In this document: piece after piece, positions 10,622 through 23,828 of the stretch
Numbering within the stretch: the first letter of the stretch is position 1
How the letters are laid out: each line of letters starts with the position of its first letter
From: Nageia nagi
Lineage: Eukaryota > Plantae > Pinophyta
DNA length: 64,000 nt
Direction of reading: 5' to 3'
NCBI GenBank assembly: GCA_050084985.1
Contig: JBITNC010000001.1
Span: 111,972,001-112,036,000, forward strand
Notes under the pieces: generated by a model
The model's database searches: none
The model's input: only the letters and a program-made list of their open reading frames with translations
What the model was told of the DNA's origin: nothing
Made by a program: the position numbers and the translations under genes

Positions 10622-13600
10622 AGAAGAATGCATAATGTCACAAATATAAATACTTTTTTGTACTTTTTTTCACCTCTTATACTTTGGTCTTACATTGTAT
10701 CATCTAGGCTCACCTCATATTCTTTAGTCTCATCACGTCCCCTCTCATTTGGTCTCCCCTCTCCTCTCTTGTATCACTAATACACCAAATATCCCTCTCC
10801 CCTCCAATCCTTAAGCTCAAAAAACTTGAAATGATGAAAAAATTTCAAGTAACTCACCTAAGCTACTTGCTTGCATATTTTTTTAATTTTTTTCTCATTT
10901 ACTCTAAGGAGCATTTTTTCTTCATCCTAGAAATATTTTTTGGTATAATGAATAATCCTTGAAAGATACTATCACAATGATTTCATGTGTATGTTGTCAT
11001 TCAATATTCTTTATATTCAACTATAGATTATCTATGTATTTTCTAAGTATTAATTAAAAAAATTCACTACAAAAATAAAGAAAAAAATGCTAGAGCATTT
11101 TCAAATGGGATTCTTCATAAATAAATTATATGGTATGAAAATTTATTTACCTTAACTTAAAATAATTTCAACTATTTTCTTTTCCCTTATATAAGAATTT
11201 ATTTGCAATAAACATTTTTATGATATGGTGTATACTATGTAGATGCTTAGATTTATTTTAGAGTACAAGTTTTCTTTTATGCCTATTTTAGATTTTATTA
11301 TTTTCTACTTTCTAATTTATTAGTAGAAAATATTAAAAACATATAGGATGAAATTGAAGTTTTTACTTGTAACATGATGGCATGCTTATTTAAAATTTAC
11401 CATTCATAATTTTTTCTTCAAATTTTATTTTGTTGGATGACTACATACCCCATGTAAAAGTAAACATGTGAAAAAAATTTATAGCATTGTTTAAGAGAAT
11501 TACATTATTAAATAAGTATACATTAAAACACATCTCTACATTACATAAGTTATATTTTGTAGGTTTATGATTGTATAAGGGATGCGTATCATAGATTTGG
11601 CAAGATATTATGCCTTGAATACAAATTGTATAAATATTCTTAATGAATTATGCTAAATTAGTTTTTAAATAATTTTATCATATTATAAGGTATTAAATGG
11701 ATGGGATTGACTATATACATTAACACATCATTTGAAAGGAGTATTTAGATTGCTCTATCACATAAATAAATATATTATAATCATATAATCATTAGAGTTT
11801 AAGGTTGAAAACATATGCACATAGTTGGATAGTAGGAAGTTGGATGCATGTTTTTATTTTATTAATTAGGTTTATTTAATTTAAAATATTAATAATGCAT
11901 AATTATGCATTAAATATAAGTGGATCTCTTATTTTATAATGTGTATTTGTGTTTAAGGTTATTGGCAATACTTGATTAAAAGGGATCATGTAGAATTATC
12001 AATAAAAAGAGTTTGTCAATAAGGATATTGCCTCTAGTATCATATGAATACAATAGTCATAGTTACCCTTATCCTTGTACTTCATCCCATTTTTATTCAA
12101 TTTAACTATTTAATATTAAAGAACAACTTAATGAATGGACTACTAGGATCTAGATGTAGACTAGAAAGTAAGCATAAATGAATGTTTGCAATATATATAT
12201 TAATTACTCATATGTAGTTTACTACAACATAGTTAAAATTCTAAGAGCACTATTTATGATCGAAAACCATATTGTATACTTGGATTTTTGAGTTTGTATG
12301 ATGGCTTAAGATGTGTTGTAAATATATGTATATGTTATGCTACTATTTATTTTACATAATATGCCTTTTGTTGATTAAATATGTCATTTATACAAGAGTG
12401 ATGATACATATGAGAAATATAATAATAGTAAGATATAATAAAGAGTTGATTTAGTTGTTATTGAAATATTATTTCATGCAAAACCTTACATAAAGGATAT
12501 TGAGGATTGAGGAAGCCATTATTACGTATGATAACTTATTTTTGCTCACTTCTTTCTTTTATTATGTAAGTAAAATACTTATTCCTTATAAAAATAATAT
12601 GAGGATTATTTGTTTAATAAAATTGGGTAAATTATATTTGATTATTATTCCTTTCTTTAGTGAATTATAGAAATTGATAGGATCAAATCTTTGCACTGAA
12701 GTTGATATTATTAAGCATGTCTATTTAAGTGTTATGAGATTTATTCATTCTTTTTATTATGAAAAGAGACAATTTAAGATGGGTCTTCAAGCATTTTACT
12801 ATTGTAAATATTGATGTGTTGTGTAAAAAAAATATACTTATACCTTAAAGGCTATAAAATTCTATATTAGAATAAATTAATGTGATACATATTATTATCC
12901 AATCATTTCATCCTTGAACTTTAATGTAGTGGTTCTTCTTCAAAATAGTAATTAAAATTGTACAATTCCAATATAAATGATTATTTACTATATATTAGTA
13001 TGGATATTTTAAATTAGATTTGAGAGATATATAATAGTAAATAGTGATCCAAAATAATTGTTAACCAATTGAATATGATATTTATGCTAAAGAATATCTA
13101 AGGAATAAAAAATGATTGAGTAACAACACTTAAATATTGGATCAAATCAACATGAAGTCATGGATAACTAAATAAATGAACCAACTTACCTATTTATCAT
13201 ACCTTGCTTATCAAAAGGGGGGCATATCATGGTTAAGGAGGATCATTAAAAGCTCATAGTGGAATATGGATATCAAATCACCTAGGAAATGATTGTTGGT
13301 AGTCATCCATTCCTAAAATAGTTCACTATCAATCTTGTTTAATAGCATCTATTATTTATGATCAAGATGAAAGCCTTGATAACCTATTAGAATGTTAAGA
13401 AATATATTCATGATATCCTCAATTAATATTTAGCAAGCTTTGTTGATATACTTACTCTCGAGACCTAAAAATATTTTTTAGTGTATTACGGTTCCTTTTT
13501 TTCTTTATATTGTATATTAATCCTCAATTATAGAAAATATTAAAATAAACTATTTTAATTAATATTCATGTATAATTCTTGAAAATATTGCTTTTATATA

Positions 13601-14239
13601 ACTAAAAATCTAATATAAGTATCTAAAATTACACTATCAAATGTTATTGTTATTTTTTATTTACTTTACTAGAATTCATTAATGTATCTAAATGAAGATG
13701 AATTATTCATTTAGTAATATACCATTAGTAAATGATGAGTGTATCTTAAATATATCATATAGTTAACATATATAATGGAAGAAATTGAGACTATTAACCA
13801 AGTTAGGTTGAATAAAAAATAAAAAGGATAAAAATTTATAGAAAGGGCATATTTAATATGGAACCTAATTAAGGACATTATCCCTATATGATTATAAAAC
13901 AATTGATAGAAAAATTAAAGATTAACAAAAAGCCTTCACTTCTAAGGCCTATAACCCAGCTAATTTTTGTAAGCTTTATTTTCTTTTAGTCATCCTCTAT
14001 TTTGAAATAGAATTACTTCCTAGATACCTATAATGGAATAAAACGCAAAGGAAAATGATCTATTTTACTTGAAATAGTAAAGAAAATATTGTATATTGGT
14101 AAATAATTATAATATTAGGAGTTTTAGGTGTATATGATTATGCACAACTAGTTCACAATCTCTTGGTTATGATGATGATTTTTTATGGGTTATATAATAA
14201 GACAAATTAGCATGCAAAAAAGTATACTCTAAGAAAGAA

Positions 14240-14975
14240 TAGATAAATCTTTTGAGTTCATCAAGACTATCCCAAGCTTGTTTGGTCCTTGTTGCTATTG
14301 TACACAAACTTTTGGAAAAATTATTTCATCTATTGCTTATCGGATAAAAAATATTACTTTTTTTTATCTTTTTCTATTCTCCTTCAGAACATTTTTCTCA
14401 TGTTGTGTCAAGGCATTGAAGGCAACATCGTTTGAAAGTTTTTCCAAACCTTTCTTCACTAAATCCTACAAATCTTGAGAATAAAATAACATTCCCATAT
14501 TGAAGCTCCAAAAATAATAACTTTTTCTAGAAGGAAGAGGAAGTTGAGGCTAGATATTCTCATTGTTAGCATTAGCCATTTTGGCTCTGATACCAATTTG
14601 ATAGAATCATCAACTTCATATAATATTGTTGTAATAGAAGTAAAAGAACAACACCAAATATTGAAATGGATTTTAACACAAAATAAAATAAAAAATAAAT
14701 ATTAGTGAAATAAAACTGAAATATAAAAAGTATTACTTAACATTATTGCAATATACGAATATCACCAAACACTAAAACTTTTTATTATATTCCAAGTTGA
14801 AAATAGAAAATAACCCTATATAGGTTTTTATTAAGAACATAAAAACCCCTAACTAAACACCTCAAAACTGCCATAAAATGCCAACAAATACATAACTACC
14901 CAAAACAGCTACAAAACATAACTACTTATACAACCGAATGAATATGTCAAACTTATTATTTTAACAAATCCAACA
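14240..14975 (-). mobile_element. Truncated Copia: 5' LTR, Met-i PBS and N-terminal gag
   Basis: GGCTCTGATACCA at 14583-14595 (minus TGGTATCAGAGCC). LTR ~14599 (TGATAG) to ~14966/14975 (..AACA). Gag starts MANANNENI*PQLP..KSYYFWSFNM..LFYSQDL*DLVKKG. Confidence 0.75.
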
Positions 14976-15183
14976 TTGAGGGGAGGGAAAGTATAATGAT
15001 GAGATTAAAACCAAAATCATTAGGAAAGGATACAATATGGATTTTAATATTTGTTCTAAATACATGTTAGTACGATACAGTAATAAAAAGAGTCCATGTA
15101 TTGACCATGACAACAAAGAGAATTGTTATATAGTATTTAAGTGTTGGATTTGGACCCAACTAAGGATGCCATAAAGTGTTTTG

Positions 15184-15317
15184 GAATCCATATTTATAGG
15201 ATAGAGTGAAAGCAAAGCTTAAAATAAAGAAGAATGTTAACGCTAAACAAGCACTATTTTAAGGAAAGATATCAACATAATGTAAGGCATAGAAAATCCT
15301 ATAGAATGAAAAATAAT

Positions 15318-15413
<96 letters not shown>

Positions 15414-15807
15414 AATGATAAGAATAATCTTCAATCTTTAAAAATATTGTTTATATATATAACCAGTTTTCAAAACTATCACCATATTCAAATATATGAA
15501 GTATGAGCTATAGATGAATGATTAAAGATTTTTTTTTTCTAACATATTTTTTTTTATTTCTTCTTAGAGAAAGATAATTTAAGACTCACTCCTCATTTGT
15601 TACAACACTTCCAGCTGAATTGGAGCCTTTTGAAATATGTACATAATTTATAGTATTAGGCTACTGCTATCTACACTGTATTCACATGCCAGCGAATCGA
15701 TCAATAAATGCAGGTAAATTTTCTTTCTTATCTTTATTTTTTTTAAGGAATTCAATCATGAATTCGTAGAACACAAAAGGTTTGTAACATCTAGGATTAT
15801 CAACATC
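15184..15807 (-). repeat. Duplicate of the 3' end and 3' flank of the first 2OGD copy (matches 20620-21167)
   Basis: Near-identical from CCATATTTATAGGATAGAG to CTAGGATTATCA(A/G)CATC. Includes the last ~41 codons of exon 3. Confidence 0.95.
15321..15410. repeat. (AT)45 microsatellite
   Basis: Direct observation. The sister copy at 20755-20766 has only ~6 units. Confidence 0.95.
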
Positions 15808-18800
15808 TATTGAAGATTCTAGAGTAATTCCAAGTTGGTATACTTCTGTATATAGATTCATTGTAAATATATATATTTCCTAGATTAGAGAAATGCTTAG
15901 CTGGCTGACAGATTTGTAGTCCTAAACTTTAGCATTCTAATTATGTATAGTGGCTATTTATGCCCACAATATTGTAAAGAGCAAAGTATGAATGAAAAAC
16001 CAAGTTTGACTTGGTATCAGAGCATTCCAAAAAACACCATATGGCTTTCGAATCATCAAATCCAGTAATTCATATCCAATTTGAAAATTCTAGCTTCTAG
16101 GCCAAAGTTATCCTCGCCGAAAGTAACTATGATGTATGGTCCCAAATATTGGAGATGCAAATCGTAGGACGTGAGAAGCTCGAATATATTATTGGTAAAA
16201 CTAGTCCACCAAAAGAAACTGATGCTGCCTATGCAAAGTGGTATGCAGAGAATCAAAAGGTCAAGGGTTTCTTACTAATCTCCATGTCACTAGAGATAAT
16301 GAAGCGTTATCTCTAACTACATACCGTAAGGGAAATCTAGAGTGCTCTTGCCAAAGCATTCTATGATGGATCAGATGAGACATAACTCTTTGCACTGAAT
16401 TAGCATGCCCTCACCACCAAACAAGCTGGTCGACCTTTATCAACTTATTACGGTGAGCTTGTCAAAATTTTCCAAGAATTAGATTATCATGATAAAGTTA
16501 TCATGAAGGATCCTGATGATATTATCACTTATAAGAAATTTGTTACACGGTTGAGAGTGTACATCTTTCTTAGTGTCTTGGATGTAGAATTTGAACAAAT
16601 TAGAGGTGAGGTTCTTCAAAAGGACCTCACAATGGACCTTGATGACACCTATGCCTATGTCCATCAAGATGCTGTACGCCAAGCCACCTTAAATGCTGAA
16701 CTTGATAATCTTGAGTCTTCCGTTCTAATGGCTCAATGCACTACGCCTCAACCACAAAAATCCACTCAAAAAATTGATTTTGACTAAACACTATCTCAGA
16801 AGGGTAGCTATTAAATAGGTGCTACCAAACATGAACATTTGTGCATTCATTGTGGTGAGATAGGCCACATAAAAGCATGATGTTATGACTTAATTAGCTA
16901 TCCAAATTGGTGGGATCCAACAAAGGCATCATGCAAGCGCAATTCAAAGCCAAATCACCAAGCTTCTATTGCTGTGACCAAACCTTCTAATGATGGTGCA
17001 GAAGCTTCCTCTTTGATTACTACTTTAGGTAACATGTGTAAGGTTTTCCATACTTCTACATCAGATTGTAGTAGTAGTACATGGATAATTGATTCTGGTG
17101 CTATGGATCACATGACCTTTGACAGTCAGCATGTTCAGTCTATGAAATAGTCCACCACACATATAGTCTCTATTGCGAATGGCAATCCCTCACTTGTGAT
17201 TGGATAATGTTCAGTTCCTCTATCACATAATTTGAATCTTGATTCTATTTTAGTTGTACCTTCCTTTAACCATAATTTATTATCTATTGTTCAAATAACT
17301 AGTGCATTGTATTGTGTTGTGATTTTTTGGCCTAACCATTATGTTTTTAAGGACATTTGAACTTGAAAGATGATTGGTTATGGTACTAGAAGGGGGAAGC
17401 TATACTATCTAGATCTGAAGCCTACTAGCTCACATCAGTTGGCTCAAGCTCTTTCAGTGGATCAGATTGACAAATCCTCTGAAATTTGGTTATGGCACAA
17501 GTGCTTGGGTCATGTGTCTTTTGGATATTTAAAAAAATTATTCCCAAATTTGTTTTCTCAATTAAGTACTTTAGATTTCAAATGTAATATTTGTGAACTT
17601 GCAAAAAGTCACCATGTATCATTCCCATTGAGCATGAATAAAAGTCCAGTACCTTTTATGTTGATTCACTCTGATGTATGGGGGCCAGTAAAACACCCTT
17701 CCTTGAATGGTTCTTATTGGTTTATCACATTTATTGATGATCACACTCATATGAATTGGGTTTGCTTGATGAAATCAAAGAATGAAGTTAGCTCCTTGTT
17801 TCAAAAATTTCATAAGATGATCACCACTCAATACCAATCTGACATACAAGTTCTTCATACTAATAATGGTGGAGAGTTTGTTAATCAGGACCTAAAGAAG
17901 TACTTGCAGGAACATGGCATATCTCACCAGACAACTTGCCCTTATTCCCCTTAGCAAAATGGGGTTGCAGAGCACAAGAATCACCACCTACTTGAAGTTG
18001 TATGAGCCTCTTTATTTGGAGCTCACATGCCCACCAGTTACTGGGGTGAAGCACTCAGTGTTGCAGCTTACCTCATTAATCATCTACCCTCCAACTCACT
18101 AAATTTTTAGACTCCTTTTGAAGTTCTTCATTCAGCTATAACTACTCCTACTACTCCAAATTTATCACCTAGAATTTTTGGGTGCGTGGCATTTGTGCAT
18201 CTTCCTAAGCCAATGTGTGATAAGCTGGAACCACGAGCACTATGATGTGTCTTTATTGGCTATGCCCCACTTGAGAAGGGCTATCGCAGCTATCATCCCC
18301 CATCATAGAAAATGTATGTCACCCTTAACGTTGTCTTTCATGAAAATGACATGTATTATGTTGTTCCTGAGTCCTCAATTTAAGGGGAGAGACAAAATGA
18401 ATTGCAAACTCTAAATGTAAATTCTTCTTTGGACCAATCGGATACAAGTGGTGAATTTTTGGATAAAAGTGGTGAGTGTCTAGAGGAGGCAATCGGGCAG
18501 CATGAGCAACCTATTCTTGACCAACTAGATGTTAGTTTAAATGAGGAAAATATTCAGAATCAGATGGAAGTAACTCCACTTCAAGTACCATATGACCAAT
18601 TGTATTCTGAAGATAATTCCTTTCTTGAACCCCAGGTACAACCCTAGGTACATTCTGAATCTCAATTCCTTCCAAAAGTACTACCTAATCGAGCTACTAG
18701 AGGTATACCTAGAGCTAACTATGAACCTATTCTTAGTTCCAATCCTAAGTATCCCATGAGCAATTATGTATCCTACCATAGACTGTTAAAAGAAAGTAAT

Positions 18801-20581
18801 TCATTTGCAAATCAATTATCTACTGTATCTATTCCTACTAACATGCAGGAAGCTTTGGGAGATCCTAGGTGGAAGGAAGCTATGAATGAAGAAATGAAGT
18901 CACTTCAAAAGAACTCAACTTGTAATGTTGTTGAGCTACCTGAAGGAAAGAAACCTGTTGGATGTAGGTGGGTTTTCATAGTCAAATATAAGGCAGATGG
19001 AACCATTGAATGATTCAAAGCTAGACTAGTTGCCAAGGGGTACACTCAAACTTATGGAATTGACTACATGGAGACATTCGCACTAGTAGCAAAAATCAAT
19101 ACTATCCATATTCTTATATCCTTAGCAGTGAATCTTGATTGGCCATTACACCAGTTTGATGTTAAGAATGCCTTCTTGCATGGAGACCTTCAAGAGGAAG
19201 TATACATGGAGTTGCCCCCTGGATGTAATATGTAGTTAGAAGGTGGAAAACATGTCTGCAGATTAAAAAAGGCCCTATACGGTCTAAAGCAATCTCCGAG
19301 AGCATGGTTTGGAAGGTTTACGAAGTCAATGAAGGCTTTTGGATACAAGCAAAGTAACTCAGATCATACTCTTTTTGTGAAGCATAATAAAGGAATGATT
19401 ACTTGTCTTATTGTGTATGTTGATGATATGATAGTAACGGAAATGATTCAGAAGAGAGGAGAGCATTACAGAACCATCTGGCTCTAGAATTTGAGATGAA
19501 GGACCTTGGTCCATTGAAGTACTTCCTTGGTATTGAAGTGTCAAGATCAAAGGAATATGTCTTTCTATCTCAATGAAAATATGCCTTAGATTTACTACGT
19601 GAGACTGGCATGACGACATGTAGTCCAGTTACACTCCTATGGAAGAAAACATAAATCTAGGCATATATCCGGATCAAGTTCCAACAAACAAGGAGAGGTA
19701 TCAAAGATTAGTTGGGAAACTAATGTATCTTGCACATACTCGGCCTAACTTGGCATATGCACTAAGTATCATAAGCCAATTCATGCATTCTCCAAGTGAA
19801 GAACATATGAATGTAGTTACCCACATTTTGCGCTACTTGAAGTCATCTCCAGGGAAAGGGATTATGTTTAAAAAAGGGAATAATATGGATGTCAAAGGAT
19901 ACACTGATGTAGATTGGGCTAGATCAATCAAAGATAGGCGGTCTACAGCAGGGTATTTCACTTTTGTAGGAGGAAATTTGGTCACTTGGCAAAGCAAGAA
20001 GCAAGCTATAGTTGCTCTATCTAGTGATGAATCTGAGTTCAAAGGAATGACTAAGGCAATATGTGAATTGTTATGGATTCATAATTTATTAAAAGATCTA
20101 AATATTAAGCATAATAGCCCAATGAAGCTATATTGTGATAACAAGGCAGCTAGTGATATTGCCCACAACCCAATTCAACACGATCGAACCAAACATGTGG
20201 AAGTTGATAGGCATTTCATCAAGGAGAAACTAGAAGCAAAGATCATTGAAACACCTCATGTCTTGTCTCAAGAACAACTTGCTGACCTCCTCACCAAGGC
20301 CGTATCAAGTTGAGCATTTCATGATGGTGTCAACAAATTGGGAATGAGTGACATCTACGCACCAACTTGAGGGGGAGTGTTGAAGATTCTAGAGTAATTC
20401 CAAGTTGGTATACTTCCGTATATAGATTGATTGTAAATATATATATTTCCTATATTAGAGAAATGCTTAGCTGGCTGACAAATTTGTAGTCCTAAACTTT
20501 AGCATTCCAATTATGTATAGTGGCTATTTATGCCCACAACATTGTAAAGAGCGAAGTATGAATGAAAAACCAAGTTTGACT
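15808..20581 (+). mobile_element. Full-length, decayed Ty1/Copia LTR retrotransposon (Ale/Retrofit-like), 4774 bp
   Basis: 204-bp LTRs at 15808-16011 and 20378-20581, PBS TGGTATCAGAGC at 16012-16023, PPT GAGGGGGAG at 20369-20377. Domain order is gag, zinc knuckle, protease WIIDSGA, integrase (LIHSDVWGP), RT (VYVDDM), RNase H (RTKHVEVDRHFIKEK). Confidence 0.97.
16041..20370 (+). pseudogene. Copia gag-pol polyprotein with many premature stops and frameshifts
   Basis: ORF fragments at 16503-16787, 17370-17954, 18756-19013 and 19639-20313. Many stops read as CGA>TGA, CAG>TAG or TGG>TAG. Confidence 0.93.
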
Positions 20582-21041
20582 TAAAATAAAGAAGAATGTT
20601 AAAATAAAGAAGATTGAATGAAGCCATATTTATAGGATAGAGTGAAAGCAAAGCTTAAAATAAAGAAGAATGTTAATGCCAAACAAGCACTACTTTAAGG
20701 AAGGATATCAACATAATGTAAGGCATAGAAAATCCTATAGAATGAATAATAATAATATATATATATACAAATGATAAGAATAATCTTCAATCTTTAAAAA
20801 TATTGTTTATATATATAACCAGTTTTCAAAACTATCACCATATTCAAATATAAAAAGTATGAGCTATAGAAGAATGATTAGAGATTTTTTTTTTTCTAAC
20901 ATATATATTTTTTTTATTTCTTCTTAGAGAAAGATAATTTAAGACTCACTCCTCATTTGTTACAACACTTCCAGCTGAATTGGAGCCTTCCGAAATATGT
21001 GCATAATTTATAGTATTAGGCTACTGCTATCTACACTGTAT

Positions 21042-22135
21042 TCACACGCCAGCGAATCGATCAATAAACGCAGGTAAATTTTCTTTCTTGTCTTTAGTTT
21101 TTTTAAGGAATTCAGTCATGAATTCGTAGAACACCAAAGGTTTGTAACGTCTAGGATTATCAGCATCAACCAGCTCAGAAGGAGCCCATATTTCCATCTC
21201 TTCTGTAGAATGCACAAAATACGCAATGGAAATGCGATCTGCCCATCCATTGCATACAAAACGGTGCTTTGCTTCTGCGGTACCGACCGCTGCTCCATGC
21301 CTGTAATTATAAACTCCAAATTCAGCAAAATATTAAAACATATTGTCCATAATGTTCAGACATGAGAGAATTTTAACCTTGAGGGAATCTCCAATGTTTA
21401 TGATTAAGGAATAAGAGAGAGTCTTGACGCTCATCCAATTCCCTTCTTTTGATCGAATTTGAAGGCCTTCCCCGTCATCTTGGTATAGTATGGTGAAGGT
21501 ATTGATATCTGTATGAGAACGCAATGCCTCACCTCCTACAGCTTTTCCAAGAGATGCATAGTGGTTTATTTCAAAGGTGGTCTTGTAATGGCAGAAAACA
21601 GAATCGTAGGACTTGATCGGATCTAAGCCGAGGCTCACCAGAATAATCTTCGCAAGCTTTTCAGCCAGATCAGACAGGCATGAGGTGTATGTTTGAATCG
21701 TTCACTGTAAAACAACAAACACGCCAGGATTGTTAGCCACACTTTGAACTTTGGCCCAAATTAACAAACGGAATTAAATGACATATTAGTAGAGAAATCA
21801 TACCACGCGTTTGAGTTTCCTCCTGGCCATAACTTTTCAGCGATTTCTTCGACAGAATCCGAACATGAAAACCTTAAAGTGGAATCACCGTTATATGAAA
21901 CTTCTTTGGGCATGGATAGTAATTGGCGGCTAACGGGCTCAAACTTTTGGAGAAGATCTACAGAAATCCCATGGTTGATAACCCAAAAAACTTCCCATTC
22001 TTTGCATGCTTCTGATACTATGCCGGCTAGTGGATGATTTTGAACAGTGTTTAGTTCTATACCCTCCAAGCCTTGCGGAAACTGTGAAAGGTCAATCACA
22101 GGCAGATCAATGGCGGATTCCACCGACGAAGGCAT
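21042..22135 (-). pseudogene. 2OG-Fe(II) dioxygenase pseudogene 1 (exons 22135-21804, 21704-21378, 21300-21042)
   Basis: DIOX_N DLPVIDLS...ACKEWEVFWVINHG, HTD, GLQI, IINIGDSLK, HR, RIS, and GT-AG introns. Lesions are a 1-nt loss at the start of exon 2 (TGAACGATT), a 1-nt gain in exon 3 (CGCAGAAGCAAAG) and an exon 1 ~17 codons shorter than the paralogs. Confidence 0.9.
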
Positions 22136-22452
22136 GCTGAAGCTTGTTGGATCTCACAATTAATGAAACGATGTGCAGCTTGAGTGCGATTGATCCAATG
22201 AGTGAAGTGATTAAATAGGTGTTTTGCATAGTAAAATGTACTTCGAATTGGCCGCCATCGAGTGACAAGATTAAGGCGGAATCTGACGGCCGAATGAAGA
22301 GAGCCGGGACAAACATAAGAATACCCACGTTGGTGTTACTTAAAAGACACGGTGTCTTTAAAGTCTCGGTGTCTTTAAAACATTAGACTCTCATTTAAAA
22401 TATTCTCGCAATAGTCGACGAAGTGGGTTATTACATCCATAGATCATATACA

Positions 22453-22490
22453 CTAGGAGGAGTTGCCCTATGGTGTGCAATGGATACGTG
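22453..22490 (-). mobile_element. Helitron-like 3' terminus (element extends rightwards, extent unclear)
   Basis: Minus strand CCATTGCACACCATAGGGCAACTCCTCCTAG|T shows a short stem plus CTAG before T. Shares CCATTGCAC with the termini at 23829 and 52127. Confidence 0.45.
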
Positions 22491-23828
22491 GAAAGCATGT
22501 GAAAGGTGAGAAAATCCTTTTACATATGTTGCATAACTTTTTGTTGATTAAAAATGAAAGATCTAATAACACACCATCTTTCATTTATATTGCATGATAC
22601 AAATCATAGATTTACTATATATATTTTTAATTATACATAAATATTTTTAAATAAAAAATATAAACAAATATGAATATCATAAATACATATTTTAAATAAA
22701 ATTCAATGAAAAATTTATGTGTATATTGTGAATGGGTAAAGGTAAATGTTAAATTTCTATTGTGTCCGTGTCTATCCTCAAAGTGACTTCTCCCAAATTT
22801 GGTTGGCCGGGTATGCTTCCAATGTATGTCTCAATTTTGAATGTACACGATCTTCAAACTCCACATACGATTACATCTTGAGGTCAAGTGAATAGAATGG
22901 TCCCTCCTTACATATAGGTGGTTCATAATTCACACCTTCTCTACATTAATAGTCACTAAAATTAGGTTGACTCCATGCACTTTGTGTCCTTGTCCTTTAC
23001 AGTAGTTCCAAATATAAAATGACAACCAACTTCCTTACTATAGCTCAAAACCTCATGGACTTTATTTTCTTTACTATTCAAACTAAAATACCAAAAAAAT
23101 GTGAGCCATGAGTTGCCCAAGTGAACCTTCTTTTCTCACATAGGGAACACCTTCAATATAATAACATAAATAATAATGGTTAATGATATCATTATCCTAG
23201 ATATAATAATGTTAATTATTATTATTATTATTATTGTAATTATAGGTAATTTGAAAAATAGAAAAATTAAAATTAAAATACCAAAAAAATATATATTAAA
23301 AAAATATACATTGTGGGTCGACCCCATTTCAAATGACTTGTCATAATCAAACTCCAAGCACAATATAGTGGTAGTCCAAGTGGGTGGTAATCCATAATTA
23401 TGAGCAAAAGTACAATCATTGTTGGTACCCTTTTCCTAAATTAAAAGATAGGGATGAAATGGTAGACTAGGTGGTATAGGTTACACAACCTCATTCTATC
23501 TTGCGGTCTCCAAGGTAGCATGGGGATCATCAAGTCTTGGGTGTCCATTAAAATTCCCATGGACTTCTAGGCTAATGGTGAGATACATAGCATGGTATGT
23601 GGTATCTTAAAGCTACATGGATTTTAAGTGGAGCACAAGTATTTTGAATCCTTGTCGTCTTTGTACTATATTCTAATAAGTGAAAAAATAATGTAATTTT
23701 TTATTGATAAAAATTGAAAGATCTAATGATTACGAACCTTTTTATCATCTTGCATGCTAGACAAAATGGGATACTTTGATTCTTATAGTGTACCTAAAAT
23801 TCTCACAAAAGGAATGTCTTCAATATAA

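Noticed and set aside
13700-14200. Possible plus-strand Copia integrase remnant (IRSFRC.. resembling LRVFGC)
   Set aside because: Too decayed to support without a search.
15234-15506. ORFs with IYIYIY runs on both strands (also 10526-10780)
   Set aside because: Artefacts of (AT)n microsatellites.
15803-15807. 5-bp TSD for the Copia element
   Set aside because: ACATC is not repeated after the 3' LTR (TAAAA).
21042-22135. Assigning a specific name (GA20ox, GA3ox, DAO or a taxoid oxidase) to the 2OGDs
   Set aside because: Diagnostic motifs such as the GA20ox LPWKET are not present. Subfamily needs a phylogeny.
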